Source of the DNA: a virus
DNA: 64,000 bases
Virus record (IMG/VR): IMGVR_UViG_3300046387_001332
Direction: 5' to 3' (one strand)
Positions 27,960 to 38,540 of this stretch are shown one piece after another (the first letter of the stretch is position 1; each line of letters begins with the position of its first letter). The position numbers and the translations under genes were made by a program. Below the pieces are notes generated by a model. It was not told the origin of the DNA. It searched no databases and worked only from the letters and a program-made list of their open reading frames with translations.

Positions 27960-29300
27960 ATGAGTAAATTACTTAAAGAAGCTATTGCTGATGCGAAAGC
28001 AGTTCGTGAGACAGCCCTTGCCAACGCAAGACTTGCCCTCGAAGAAGCATTCGCACCACGTTTGCAAAGTATGCTTACCAAGAAACTCAGAGAAGAAGAA
28101 TTAGAATTAGACGACGAAGAATCAGAAGACGAAGTTTCTGATGAAGTTGAAGAAGGTTCTTACTCCGAAGATGACGAGGAAGTAGATATTGCAGATGAAG
28201 CACCAGAAGAAGAACCCGCTGAAGAAGAAGCACCTGCTGAAGAAGCACCTGCTGAAGACGAAGTAGGGGGAGACGAAGAAATTGCTGACGAAATCGAAGA
28301 TCTTGAAGGAGACGACGAAGAAGCAGTTGAAGAAGATTCATTTGACCTTGATACTATTATTAGGGAACTTGAGCAAGAAATTGAAGAAGGTTCATACTCT
28401 GAGGAAGACGACGAGGTGGAACTTGATGAAGCATCATGTTCAGAAGACGATGAAGACGAAGCAATTGAAGAATCCGAAGAATCCGAAGAATCCGAAGAAG
28501 AAGAAGCAGTTGAAGAGCAATCTAAATCATCTGAACTTGGAAAAGGTGGAGACGAACACGTAGTTGTTGCTGATAGTGACGACGAAGAACTTCCTGCTGG
28601 AACCGAGACTGTTGCTGGTGAACCAGGAACCGAAGGTGAAGAAGAAAAAGTTGCCGAAATTGACGAAGAAATTGATATTGAAATTGTTGAAGAATCCGAA
28701 GAATCCGAAGAATCTGAAGAATCTGAAGAAGAAGAAGCAGTTGAAGAATCAGTTGAAGGGTCAGACGAAGATGAAGAAGACGAAGAAATCAATCTTGAAG
28801 AAATCCTCAGAGAACTTGAGGAAGAAACCAATATTGAGGACGAAGAAGAAGAATCATCTGACGTTTCCGAACTTAAAAGTGCCAACGAAAAACTTCAAAA
28901 AGAAAATGATGAATACCGCAAAGTTTATAAATTTTTGCGAGGTAAGTTAAATGAAGTAAATCTCCTTAATGCAAAGTTACTTTACACAAATAAGTTGTTT
29001 AAGAAACACGCACTAAGTGAAGATCAAAAGTTGAAAGTCGTAGAAAGTTTTGACCTTACGAAGAATGTTCGCGAAGCAAAATTGGTATACGCAACACTTG
29101 GAGAGAGTTTTAGAACTCAAGCAACTGAAGTAGTGGAAGAATCAAAGTCTGCTCCTAAAAAGAAAAAGACAGAAAAGAATCCATTGACAGAAGGTATTGC
29201 ATCCAAGGCAATCAAATCAACAAAACCCTCCAAGAAGATTTTATCTGAAGGCAACGAACTTGCTGACAGATTCAAGAAACTTGCAGGCATTAAATCATAA
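27960..29300 (+). CDS. Prohead core scaffold protein (gp22-like)
   Basis: Directly upstream of the capsid gene; very acidic centre with many xxE sites; LNEVNLLNAKLLY and RFKKLAGI ends. Confidence 0.8.
   Translation: MSKLLKEAIADAKAVRETALANARLALEEAFAPRLQSMLTKKLREEELELDDEESEDEVSDEVEEGSYSEDDEEVDIADEAPEEEPAEEEAPAEEAPAEDEVGGDEEIADEIEDLEGDDEEAVEEDSFDLDTIIRELEQEIEEGSYSEEDDEVELDEASCSEDDEDEAIEESEESEESEEEEAVEEQSKSSELGKGGDEHVVVADSDDEELPAGTETVAGEPGTEGEEEKVAEIDEEIDIEIVEESEESEESEESEEEEAVEESVEGSDEDEEDEEINLEEILRELEEETNIEDEEEESSDVSELKSANEKLQKENDEYRKVYKFLRGKLNEVNLLNAKLLYTNKLFKKHALSEDQKLKVVESFDLTKNVREAKLVYATLGESFRTQATEVVEESKSAPKKKKTEKNPLTEGIASKAIKSTKPSKKILSEGNELADRFKKLAGIKS
28467..28747 (+). repeat. GAAGAATCC tandem arrays encoding (EES)n, duplicated at 28467-28516 and 28689-28747
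   Basis: Three versus four 9-bp units, each followed by an identical GAAGAAGAAGAAGCAGTTGAAGA. Confidence 0.8.
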
Positions 29301-29333
29301 CAAAAATTCAAATTATATTGAGGATAAATTAAA

Positions 29334-30791
29334 ATGAGTGAAATCAGTAAATTATTAAAGGAAAGTAGCAACCCTCAAGAACGTCTTATGGCAGAAACCC
29401 GTGGTTTGGTAAACAAATGGGAAAAAACAGGACTTCTTGAAGGAATTTCTACTGACACAGAAAAGAGTGGTATGTCCATTCTTTTAGAAAACCAAGCAAA
29501 GCAGTTGATCGACGAAGCAACACGCACAGGTACTTCTTCTGGATCAGAAGAGTGGAGTGGAGTAGCACTTCCACTTGTACGTCGTGTATTCGCAGAAATC
29601 GCATCAAAGGAATTCGTTTCCGTTCAACCAATGAATCTTCCATCTGGATTGATTTTCTACTTAGACTTTAAGTATGGAACAGCACAATCCCGTCAGGGTA
29701 GTGGAAGTCTCTTCGGTGGATCATCAGACGCAAAACTCGGTTCAACCGACAAAGCAGAAGGTGGTCTCTACGGAGAAGGACGTCATGGTTACTCAATCAA
29801 TGACGTAAGTGTATCATTGGCTGCAACCACCGAGAAAATCACACTTCCAAGTGATGCCGATCTTGATGGTGTTCGTGCATTCCAATTCACAGACTCTGCT
29901 GATAACGTAGTATCAGTTGACGGTGAAGGTAATGTTAAAGGAGCAGCCGACGGAAATGGTACTCTTCAGTACCACAAGAAAACAAAAGACACCACCCGTG
30001 GTGATTTCGAAGACAATGATGTAAACGGAGGAGATTCCGATACAGATACAGGTCTTAGAAAAGATATCGGTATCCCAGAAATCAACTTGGAACTCAAAAG
30101 TGAACCAATCGTTGCTAAAACACGTAAGTTGAAAGCAGTTTGGACACCTGAGTTGGCACAAGACTTGAATGCTTATCATAGTATTGACGCAGAAGCAGAA
30201 TTGACTTCTCTTCTTTCCGAGTACGTTTCAATGGAAATTGATTTGGAAATTCTTGATATGCTTCTTGTTAACGCACATAGCACATCATCATTCGACGCCG
30301 CAACAGATGAATTAACTGGTGGTGAAACGCAAGGAACATACTTCCAACGTCTTGGCACACAAATCCAAGGAATGAGCAACAAAATTCATCAGTTGACTCT
30401 CCGTGGTGGTGCTAACTTCTTGGTATGTTCTCCACAAGTTGCAACAATCATTGAAAGTATTCCAGGATACTCAGCTGACACAGACGGAAATCAGTCTCAG
30501 TTTGCTATGGGAGTTACTAAGGTTGGTGCATTGAACAATCGTTTCCAAGTTTACAAGAACCCATACATGACAAGTGGTGACGTTCTCGTAGGTTTCCGTG
30601 GAACAAACTTCCTCGAAACAGGTGCGGTTTATGCTCCATACATTCCATTGATTCAAACACCATTAGTATACGATCCGGTAAACTTCACACCACGTCGTGG
30701 AGTTATGACTCGTTATGCTAAGAAAATGGTTCGTCCTGAATTCTACGGAAAGATTTCTGTATCAAACTTTGATGGTTACAACCCATCCTAA
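29334..30791 (+). CDS. Major capsid protein (T4 gp23-like)
   Basis: PLVRR, VQPMNLPSGLIFYL, AKTRKLKAVWTPELAQDLNAYH, YAPYIPL and GVMTRY. Confidence 0.97.
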   Translation: MSEISKLLKESSNPQERLMAETRGLVNKWEKTGLLEGISTDTEKSGMSILLENQAKQLIDEATRTGTSSGSEEWSGVALPLVRRVFAEIASKEFVSVQPMNLPSGLIFYLDFKYGTAQSRQGSGSLFGGSSDAKLGSTDKAEGGLYGEGRHGYSINDVSVSLAATTEKITLPSDADLDGVRAFQFTDSADNVVSVDGEGNVKGAADGNGTLQYHKKTKDTTRGDFEDNDVNGGDSDTDTGLRKDIGIPEINLELKSEPIVAKTRKLKAVWTPELAQDLNAYHSIDAEAELTSLLSEYVSMEIDLEILDMLLVNAHSTSSFDAATDELTGGETQGTYFQRLGTQIQGMSNKIHQLTLRGGANFLVCSPQVATIIESIPGYSADTDGNQSQFAMGVTKVGALNNRFQVYKNPYMTSGDVLVGFRGTNFLETGAVYAPYIPLIQTPLVYDPVNFTPRRGVMTRYAKKMVRPEFYGKISVSNFDGYNPS

Positions 30792-30834
30792 GTTGTACAG
30801 AACTCGTCTTAGTACGAAGTATAACAAAAAATTT

Positions 30835-30866
30835 AAGAGGGGTTCTTTTGAACCCCTCTTTTATTT
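30835..30866 (+). terminator. Intrinsic terminator after the capsid gene
   Basis: AAGAGGGGTTC-TTTT-GAACCCCTCTT followed by a T-rich tract. Confidence 0.85.
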
Positions 30867-30901
30867 TATAAGATTAACTTTATTGCTTTATATTTATATT
30901 C

Positions 30902-32278
30902 ATGGAAGACGAGCAAACAAATAACGAAAAAGAAAACGACTTGGAAAATGAAAATTATGAACTAGAACGAGTTCGTTGGGAAGGAGAAGTTTCATCACCT
31001 GTGGGTAAGACTCCATTTGGTTTTTTTGATAAAGATGCTGAGTTTGTTTCGTTTGCTCCACGTGCAGCTGATTGGGCAGCCAGAAGATTGGGATACCCTA
31101 TTGTAGATGTTGAGATGATTGATATGCAATTTTATGCTTGCTTTGAAGAAGCAGTGACTGAGTATAGTGCTCAAATTAATCAGTTTTCCATAAAACAAAA
31201 TCTATATTCAATAAAAGGAACTTCAACTAGCATCAATTTAACAACAAGTGTACTGCAAACACAACCATTACCTTTTTATTTAAAATTATCCGAAGCATAT
31301 GGGGCTGAAGTGGGAGTTGGTGGTAATGTAGACTGGAGAAAAGCAAGTCTTGAAGTAAAAGAAGGTGTACAAACATACGATTTACAAGGTTTGTTTAACA
31401 ATTACTATATCGACCCAAAAACGGGTGAAAAGAAAATAGAAAAAATAGAAGTCAAAAGAATCTTTCATCACCCACCACCTGCATTAAATAAAATTTACGA
31501 TCCAATGTCGAATTCAGGAATGTCACATTCTAATATGTTAAACGAGTTTAATTGGTCGGGAATGTCACCAGTTGGTACTCAGTTTTTATTACGTCCTGTG
31601 AATGAGGATCTGATGAGATTGCAAGCAATTGAATTTAACGAGCAAGTACGAAGAAGTGCATACGGATTTGAGATTGTAAATAATAAACTTACAATTTTTC
31701 CTGTTCCCACTAAAGATTTCACATTGTGGTTTGATTATGTATTTAAACGTGAAAGAGACATCGCAGCCGTTCAAGGTTATGTAGATGCAGATGAATTTAA
31801 TGTGATACCAAAAACGCAGACAGAAGTGGTAGAAGAAACTAATCAACAAGTAGTAGTTGATAAAACTGTAAATGGATTAAATCCCGGTGATCCAATTCCA
31901 CAACCTGACAATTATCTAAATGAAACGGTTGATTCTGTAACTGATTTAAGTAATGCTCCTTATCAGTTTCATAGTTTTGGAACAATTAATGATGTAGGAA
32001 AACGATGGATAATGAAATATTATCTAGCAACTTGTAAAGAATTGCTTGGTGCAGTAAGAGCAAAATATCAAAGTATTCCAATTCCTGGTGGTGAAACTTC
32101 TTTAGACGGAGATGCTTTGAGATCAGAAGCACAAGCAGAAAAAGAACAACTTATTACAGAACTACGAGAGGATTTAGAAGTAACAAGTCGTAGCACAACA
32201 AGTGAGCAACTAAATCAAGTATCTGATAATCTTCAAGAAAATCTAAGAAAGGTCCCTAACTTTCTGTATATAGGATAA
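30902..32278 (+). CDS. Neck/head-completion protein (gp13-like)
   Basis: RRLGYPIVDVE, CFEEAVTEY and IPGGETSLDGDAL; located after the capsid gene. Confidence 0.75.
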   Translation: MEDEQTNNEKENDLENENYELERVRWEGEVSSPVGKTPFGFFDKDAEFVSFAPRAADWAARRLGYPIVDVEMIDMQFYACFEEAVTEYSAQINQFSIKQNLYSIKGTSTSINLTTSVLQTQPLPFYLKLSEAYGAEVGVGGNVDWRKASLEVKEGVQTYDLQGLFNNYYIDPKTGEKKIEKIEVKRIFHHPPPALNKIYDPMSNSGMSHSNMLNEFNWSGMSPVGTQFLLRPVNEDLMRLQAIEFNEQVRRSAYGFEIVNNKLTIFPVPTKDFTLWFDYVFKRERDIAAVQGYVDADEFNVIPKTQTEVVEETNQQVVVDKTVNGLNPGDPIPQPDNYLNETVDSVTDLSNAPYQFHSFGTINDVGKRWIMKYYLATCKELLGAVRAKYQSIPIPGGETSLDGDALRSEAQAEKEQLITELREDLEVTSRSTTSEQLNQVSDNLQENLRKVPNFLYIG

Positions 32279-32282
32279 TAAA

Positions 32283-32744
32283 ATGTCAAGAGGGAGGTAT
32301 TTTAGTAGAAGAGATGTTCGTATGATGAACAGTCTAAATGGTGAATTACTTTCAAGTATCATTGAACAAACTGTTGTTATATACAGAATAGATGCAGAAT
32401 CTACTCAGGAAAATATGTATGGTGAAAGTCTTAATAAATTTTATTTTGACGGAATTGAAATTCAATGCTTAGTTGAAAACGATCCTGAAAGTACTGTATA
32501 TGAAGGTTTTGGTCCAGATGTAAAGAAAGGCACGGTATTTAAATTTCACCAAAAATTGTGTGAAATAAAAGATATATACCCTCAAATTGGTGATATAGTA
32601 GCATGGGAAAATGCTTATTTTGAAATTGAGAACGTAGTAGAAAATCAATTTCTAGGTGGTCAACCAGAAAAGAATTATAGTTTATTGTGTAATGCACACA
32701 TAAGTAGAAATAGTAAAATAAATCTAAGGGAACGAAACATATAA
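32283..32744 (+). CDS. Neck protein (gp14-like)
   Basis: ENMYGES and PQIGDIV..YFEI; synteny. Confidence 0.65.
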   Translation: MSRGRYFSRRDVRMMNSLNGELLSSIIEQTVVIYRIDAESTQENMYGESLNKFYFDGIEIQCLVENDPESTVYEGFGPDVKKGTVFKFHQKLCEIKDIYPQIGDIVAWENAYFEIENVVENQFLGGQPEKNYSLLCNAHISRNSKINLRERNI

Positions 32745-33991
32745 TGACTGACTACGATAAAGTTAATAATCCATTTATTACTTTGAAAAAGTTATCCGGA
32801 AGTGATGAAAAGAGTTTTACTGCTAAGTTAAATTCATCACCACCTTCCGTTGATAATGATGCTTATCGTTCTAATATGAAAAAATCAAAAGATTCTTTTT
32901 ATTCTGATAATCGTGCAGAAAAAATGAGAGATGATTCAAATGATGTTGATTACGATAAATACACTGTAACTTTAATGGATATTGATAATATATTGTATGA
33001 ATATTTTATTAATGTTATTAATCCACAAGTAGAAGATGCTAATAATTCAATAATAAGTGTACCTGTTCGTCATGCTTCACCTGAAAGATGGAGTGCAATT
33101 CAACGTGATGGAGTTTATCGTGATACCAAAGGAATGGTACAAAAACCCATGATTATATTCTCAAGAACATCTGTATCTAATGATGATTCTTTTGCTCATT
33201 TTAATAGACATTTAAATGTACCATTTGTAAAGAAGTTTACAAAGAAGAATATGTACGATAAATTCTCTGCGTTAACAGGTGCAAAACCAATTCAAGAAAT
33301 ACATAACATTGCATTTCCTGATCACGTTATTTTAAATTATGATTTTACAATGACAACCGAATATGTTCAACAAATGAATACACTCGTTGAAATTGTTAAT
33401 TGGGCAAGCAATGATTATTGGGGTGATCCTGGTAGATTAAAATTTAGAGCATCTGTTGATTCATTTACAAATAATGTTGAAACTCCAACTGACGATGATC
33501 GTGTTGTTACAACAACATTTAGTTTAACTGTAAATGCTTATTTGCTACCTGAAGTATTTAACAACACAAAAACAAAACAAAAAAGTCTTACAAATAGACG
33601 TGCTATATTCGGAACTGAACTTATCTCGGATACAACAAATATTCACGGAAAACCACAATCAGTTTTAAATAGTGGATTTTCTAAGAATATAATTCTGAAC
33701 AGAAAAAATAGAGAACTATTTTTAGATGGGGATGTTGGTGATGAATACGAAGTGCGAGTGTGGAACGATGAAGAATTTTATACTTTATATATTGATGATA
33801 TTCCATATAAAATTTCATTTACAATTATAGATGAACAAGATATACTAATTTTTAATTATGAAACTGAAGAAGAAGTTCTTTTAAATAAAAACGAGTCAAT
33901 TGAAATAAACTCCGAAAGAACAAATAAAAATATATTATTAAAAACACACGAAATGTCAGTTGACATTTTAACAATACAATATATTTCTTGA
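32744..33991 (+). CDS. Tail completion/terminator protein (gp15-like)
   Basis: VPVRHASPERW, P.I.FSR and PDHVILNY; synteny between neck and sheath genes. Confidence 0.6.
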   Translation: MTDYDKVNNPFITLKKLSGSDEKSFTAKLNSSPPSVDNDAYRSNMKKSKDSFYSDNRAEKMRDDSNDVDYDKYTVTLMDIDNILYEYFINVINPQVEDANNSIISVPVRHASPERWSAIQRDGVYRDTKGMVQKPMIIFSRTSVSNDDSFAHFNRHLNVPFVKKFTKKNMYDKFSALTGAKPIQEIHNIAFPDHVILNYDFTMTTEYVQQMNTLVEIVNWASNDYWGDPGRLKFRASVDSFTNNVETPTDDDRVVTTTFSLTVNAYLLPEVFNNTKTKQKSLTNRRAIFGTELISDTTNIHGKPQSVLNSGFSKNIILNRKNRELFLDGDVGDEYEVRVWNDEEFYTLYIDDIPYKISFTIIDEQDILIFNYETEEEVLLNKNESIEINSERTNKNILLKTHEMSVDILTIQYIS

Positions 33992-34023
33992 TTTATGTGC
34001 GTAAATAACTTATTATTAAACGC

Positions 34024-34308
34024 ATGGAAAAAAATAAAAATATTAAACTAACCTCAGACGAACTATCTGAACTCGTTATGTTAAATAATGAGTATCAAGA
34101 TGTTCTAATAAAATTAGGTCAGTTGTCTCTGAGAAAGAAGCAACTTAATATTGAACAGGATTCAATTCAAAAAAATGAAGAAGAATGTTTGACACTATAT
34201 AAAGAGTTGGAAAAAACAGAATCAAACTTTAAAGAAAGAATTGTACGCAAATATGGTGAAGGAAGTCTCGATATAAATGCAGGTACTTATATTTTGTCAA
34301 AAAAATAA
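34024..34308 (+). CDS. Small coiled-coil hypothetical protein
   Basis: Heptad pattern; C-terminal KYGEGSLDINAG. Confidence 0.6.
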   Translation: MEKNKNIKLTSDELSELVMLNNEYQDVLIKLGQLSLRKKQLNIEQDSIQKNEEECLTLYKELEKTESNFKERIVRKYGEGSLDINAGTYILSKK

Positions 34309-34405
34309 TAGATAAATATATGATTTTGAAATTTTCAAAACATATTTATGAATAAATATTAAATTTCCATATTCAACCCAAAAACCATAAAGGAGACAAA
34401 GCAAG

Positions 34406-37063
34406 ATGGCAGAAAGAACAGTAAGTCCAGCAGTATTCACCAAAGAAATCGATCAAACTTTTTTGACACAAGGTATCTCACAAATTGGTGGTGCGGTTGT
34501 AGGACCCTTCTCAAGAGGACCTGCATACTCACCCACAATTGTTAGAACCATAGCAGAATTGGAAGATTTGTTTGGGATTCCCGAAGGAAAATATTATCAA
34601 CCATTCACCGCACGTGAATATTTAAAGCATCAAGGTGTTGTAACCATCGTTCGTGTTGGTGATCTAGGTGGTTATCGTCAAGAAAATGCTTTGATTATTA
34701 AAGCAGTTGTAACTGACACCACAGATTATAGTGGAACACTTAGTGGTTCACTTACAGGATCACTTGATACACCAGAAGAAGGTGACGAAATTGTTATCGG
34801 TGTATTGGCAAACACATTATGGGCAGACAATGGTCAACCAGCAGTAGACGCAATTCGTGATGGATTTGAAAATACAACGGTTGACAAAGAAACTTCCTTA
34901 ATGTTTTATGAAGGTGAAATTATTGATGACGAAGGAAACGAAGTCGTTGTTGGTAATTTTGAATCAACACTTTATCTTAGAAGAACCGTTCGTACCGTTG
35001 ACGAAGATACAGGTGAGGTTATTGAAAGTATTCAAAGTTTAAAATCAAATTATGATTCTGACTATGTTTTCAGCATTGATCCAAAAGCACCTGATAGTCT
35101 TCAAAACATTTTCGGTAGAGCACCAAAGAAAAATATTGAACCAGCATACTTCTATTCATACTTTGAAAATGCACAAGAACGAATTTTCAATAACATCATG
35201 AATGGTGTTAAGTATAAAGTTGAAGTTGAAACATCAAACGAAGCAATCGTATTTGAATACGAAGATTCAAAGACTGAAGAAATTTTAGATGATCCTTGGC
35301 AACCAGGAGCAGTTTCATTTAGTTGTCGTCCTGCGGAAACTCCCTGGATTCAATCACAAAAAATTAGTGGAAGACGTTACAACTTGTTCAAAGTTTGGAC
35401 ACGTAACATGGGTTCATCTGCTAATCGTGAAATCAAAATTGGTGTTTACAATGTAAGAACACCTGGATCAATTCAAGACTCGGACTACGGAACATTTAGT
35501 TTGATCGTTCGTGCGTTCAACGATTCTGATCGTGGTCAAAACGTTGTTGAGAATTATGATGCAGTTACTTTAGACCCACTTAGTCCTAGATACTTACCAC
35601 GTGTTATTGGTGATCGTTTCACAACCATCAATAACAAAGGTAAATTAATCGACTATGGTGATTACATCAATCTCAGTAATTGGATTCGCATTGAAATGCC
35701 ATCTGATAGTACTCCTCCACCAAATGCAATGCCATATGGTCACGGATCATACTTCACACCAATTGCTGGATACGAAACTCCACCAATCCAATACTCTCAT
35801 GCTTCTCAGTACGAAAGACAACCTGGAAGATACTTCAATGGAGCAGTGTTTAACCAAAGCAGTCCTGATGGAATTTTAGAACTTCCACGTACTGCACGTG
35901 ACACTTCTGAATTGTTTGCACCACTTCCTTATTTGTCTGACGATGCCGGAATGGGTTATTACATGGATGAACCTGGTCAAGTAGAAGAAGAAGTTGACGG
36001 AGAAACAACTTCATATGCTGTTGATTCAATTCCTGTTAATCCTCCCGCAGTTGACGAATTAGCAACTGCTAAGTTGAGAAGGTTCTTGGTAGGTTTCCAA
36101 GGTGGATTTGACGGAAAAGCACCAAATCATCCAATTTACTTAGGTAAACACATAACAGAAAATAACGTACAAGGTTTAGATTGTAGTAAACGATTCTCAA
36201 GTGGAACAAAGGGATATGTTCGTGCATTCGCTGCATTGAGCAACCAAGACGAGTTTGATATTAACTTGCTTGTAACACCTGGATTGAGTCTTGATCTTCA
36301 CAGAACTGTAATCAATCGTGGTGTTGATTTATGTGAAAGTCGTGAAGATTGTTTTTACATCCTTGACTGCGTAAGTGCTCACAACCAACCAGGTCGTGTT
36401 GACGATGCAGTTCAACAAGTATCAACAATCGATAGTAACTATTGTGCAACATATTACCCTTGGGTTAAAATCATTGATCCAGCAACTAACGTATTGCAAC
36501 CATATCCACCATCAGCACTTATGATGTCTGTTTATGCTTCAAACGATAAGTCGGCTGCTGAGTGGTTTGCACCTGCCGGTTTAAATCGTGGTGGTATCGA
36601 AGCTGCGGTTACTGTTATGGATCGTCTTAACTTTGCTGAAAGAGATCAACTTTACGAAGGTAAGGTTAATCCAATCGCTGCGTTTCCTGGTCAAGGAATT
36701 GTTGCTTTCGGTCAAAAGACTCTACAACGTCGTGCAAGTGCATTGGACAGAGTTAACGTTCGTCGTTTGCTTATCAATCTTAAGAAATTCATTGCAAGTT
36801 CTTCAAGATTCCTACTTTTCGAGCAAAATGTAGCATCTACACGCAACCGTTTCTTGAATATTGTTAATCCGTTCTTGGAAAATGTTCAACAACGTCATGG
36901 TTTGTATGCCTTCCGTGTTATCATGGACGAGTCAAACAACACACCTGACCTTATTGACAGAAATATCCTCTACGGACAGATATTCTTGCAACCTGCACGT
37001 GCAGTTGAGTTTGTTATCCTTGACTTCAACCTTACACCAACTGGTGCAAGTTTCGAAGCATAA
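34406..37063 (+). CDS. Tail sheath protein (T4 gp18-like)
   Basis: SPAVFTKEID, YYPWV, WFAPAGLNRG, GQKT, RVNVRRL and P.RAVEFV; AAGGAG SD. Confidence 0.95.
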   Translation: MAERTVSPAVFTKEIDQTFLTQGISQIGGAVVGPFSRGPAYSPTIVRTIAELEDLFGIPEGKYYQPFTAREYLKHQGVVTIVRVGDLGGYRQENALIIKAVVTDTTDYSGTLSGSLTGSLDTPEEGDEIVIGVLANTLWADNGQPAVDAIRDGFENTTVDKETSLMFYEGEIIDDEGNEVVVGNFESTLYLRRTVRTVDEDTGEVIESIQSLKSNYDSDYVFSIDPKAPDSLQNIFGRAPKKNIEPAYFYSYFENAQERIFNNIMNGVKYKVEVETSNEAIVFEYEDSKTEEILDDPWQPGAVSFSCRPAETPWIQSQKISGRRYNLFKVWTRNMGSSANREIKIGVYNVRTPGSIQDSDYGTFSLIVRAFNDSDRGQNVVENYDAVTLDPLSPRYLPRVIGDRFTTINNKGKLIDYGDYINLSNWIRIEMPSDSTPPPNAMPYGHGSYFTPIAGYETPPIQYSHASQYERQPGRYFNGAVFNQSSPDGILELPRTARDTSELFAPLPYLSDDAGMGYYMDEPGQVEEEVDGETTSYAVDSIPVNPPAVDELATAKLRRFLVGFQGGFDGKAPNHPIYLGKHITENNVQGLDCSKRFSSGTKGYVRAFAALSNQDEFDINLLVTPGLSLDLHRTVINRGVDLCESREDCFYILDCVSAHNQPGRVDDAVQQVSTIDSNYCATYYPWVKIIDPATNVLQPYPPSALMMSVYASNDKSAAEWFAPAGLNRGGIEAAVTVMDRLNFAERDQLYEGKVNPIAAFPGQGIVAFGQKTLQRRASALDRVNVRRLLINLKKFIASSSRFLLFEQNVASTRNRFLNIVNPFLENVQQRHGLYAFRVIMDESNNTPDLIDRNILYGQIFLQPARAVEFVILDFNLTPTGASFEA

Positions 37064-37085
37064 GAATAATAAAATTCTAAAATTT

Positions 37086-37118
37086 AAAAACCCCTCTGTT
37101 CGCAGAGGGGTTTTTTTT
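37086..37118 (+). terminator. Intrinsic terminator after the sheath gene
   Basis: CCCCTCTG-TTCG-CAGAGGGG followed by T8. Confidence 0.9.
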
Positions 37119-37141
37119 GTGTAGATATATATTTATTAGAA

Positions 37142-37846
37142 ATGGATATGTCATTAACAGAAATTCTTCACGAACTTCAATACAAAGAGTTTTGTAAATT
37201 TGTAAAAGAAAATAAACTCGATGCAGATGAAAACCAACTGAATGAATTTGCTATTCCAGGAAAACTTAAAAAGATTTGGTCTTTTTTGACGGAACTAAAA
37301 GATATAATAAAAGTCAAATTGAAAGACTTAGTAAAATTGTTTTTAAACAAAGTTGTATTTAAGTTTTTCGCAAAAATTAAATTCAGTTTAAGTTACTTAT
37401 TTAATCTTGTTAAAAAAGGATTTAAAGCATACAAACAAGTAATAAAGGCAATAGGTGAGTATATAGCAAGCACCAAGGTTGGTCGTTGGACTGAGGATAA
37501 ACTAAAAGACTTAGATGCGTTTCTAGCAAAGCATCCTAAAACAAAAAGAATTGCAGGATTGGCAGTTGCGGGTATTTTGATTTACATTTGGTTAAATATG
37601 ACATTTACGGGTAATGCAGATTACGACTTTGATATGGGAGATATGATTATGGCACTTGGTGGGGGTTTTACATTATCAACATTATTTGCAGGACCAGAGG
37701 GCATGGCTTTGTTGACATTATTTGCAACTGGTGTCATTGGACTATCATTTCCTTGGCCCGGACCACAACACCTACAATTTATTGGTGCAGTTGTATATGG
37801 TTCTGCAAAATTAGTGGGACAAAAACTAACAAAGGACAAAACATAA
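37142..37846 (+). CDS. Predicted membrane protein between the sheath and tube genes
   Basis: LxE-containing leader, basic amphipathic middle, hydrophobic C-terminal segments; own TATTTAT. Confidence 0.65.
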   Translation: MDMSLTEILHELQYKEFCKFVKENKLDADENQLNEFAIPGKLKKIWSFLTELKDIIKVKLKDLVKLFLNKVVFKFFAKIKFSLSYLFNLVKKGFKAYKQVIKAIGEYIASTKVGRWTEDKLKDLDAFLAKHPKTKRIAGLAVAGILIYIWLNMTFTGNADYDFDMGDMIMALGGGFTLSTLFAGPEGMALLTLFATGVIGLSFPWPGPQHLQFIGAVVYGSAKLVGQKLTKDKT

Positions 37847-37963
37847 ATAAATATATTTTTTAATTTACACACTATTTATATTAGTTGGTTGAAAAAATGA
37901 ATTTTCAGATTTTTGATCAATATTTATACTAAAAGTTAATCATTAAACTGGAGAACAAAAAAA

Positions 37964-38455
37964 ATGGCACAAGTTATTTCAACCGAAGAAATGTTTTTTA
38001 CGGCATTTGAACCGAAAACAGCAAATCGTTTTATCATGTATATGGACGGAGTTCCTGCTTATCTTATTAAGAGTGTTACTCGTCCCAACCTTACTATTGA
38101 TGTACAAACAATGGACCACATCAATATCAAAAGAAAGTTAAGAGCTGGTAAGGCAGAATGGCAAGACATCACAATGACACTTTATGATCCAGTAGTTCCT
38201 AGTGCGGCTCAGACTGCAATGGAATGGATTCGTCTTTCTCACGAATCTGTAACCGGAAGAAATGGTTATGCCGACTTCTATAAAAAAGACCTTGTTATTA
38301 ACACTTTGGGTCCTGTGGGTGACCTTGTTGAAGAATGGACAATCAAAGGTGCATTCTGTAACTCAACAAACTTTGGTACACTTGATTGGGAAACCGGTGA
38401 CAAATTGACCGTTGAATTGACAATATCTTACGATTACGCAATTCTTCAATTCTAA
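37964..38455 (+). CDS. Tail tube protein (T4 gp19-like)
   Basis: FEPKTANRF, W.DITMTLYDP and YKKD..LGPVG..VEEW.IKGAF; 163 aa. Confidence 0.9.
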   Translation: MAQVISTEEMFFTAFEPKTANRFIMYMDGVPAYLIKSVTRPNLTIDVQTMDHINIKRKLRAGKAEWQDITMTLYDPVVPSAAQTAMEWIRLSHESVTGRNGYADFYKKDLVINTLGPVGDLVEEWTIKGAFCNSTNFGTLDWETGDKLTVELTISYDYAILQF

Positions 38456-38485
38456 TTGTATAACCAAAACATTCAGTTTAATGTT

Positions 38486-38518
38486 AAAAAAAACTTCCGA
38501 AAGGAAGTTTTTTTTTTT
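38486..38518 (+). terminator. Intrinsic terminator after the tube gene
   Basis: AACTTCC-GAAA-GGAAGTT followed by a long T run. Confidence 0.85.
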
Positions 38519-38540
38519 GCTTATATATATTTATTCTTAC

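Noticed and set aside
28467-28747. Tandem repeats as a CRISPR array or contingency locus
   Set aside because: They are in-frame 9-bp units encoding acidic scaffold linkers, with no unique spacers.
28160-28885. Long minus-strand Ser-rich ORF (also 27056-27538, 41079-41609, 45054-45788 and other antisense ORFs)
   Set aside because: These are shadows of biased Glu- or Ala-rich + strand genes, with no SD, motifs or minus-strand promoters.
30715-30924. Possible +1 frameshift extension of the capsid protein at TCC-TAA
   Set aside because: The alternative frame is short, runs through a strong terminator and is not domain-like.
33960-33990. TTGACA upstream of ORF 34024 as a promoter
   Set aside because: There is no acceptable -10 hexamer at 16-18 bp spacing.
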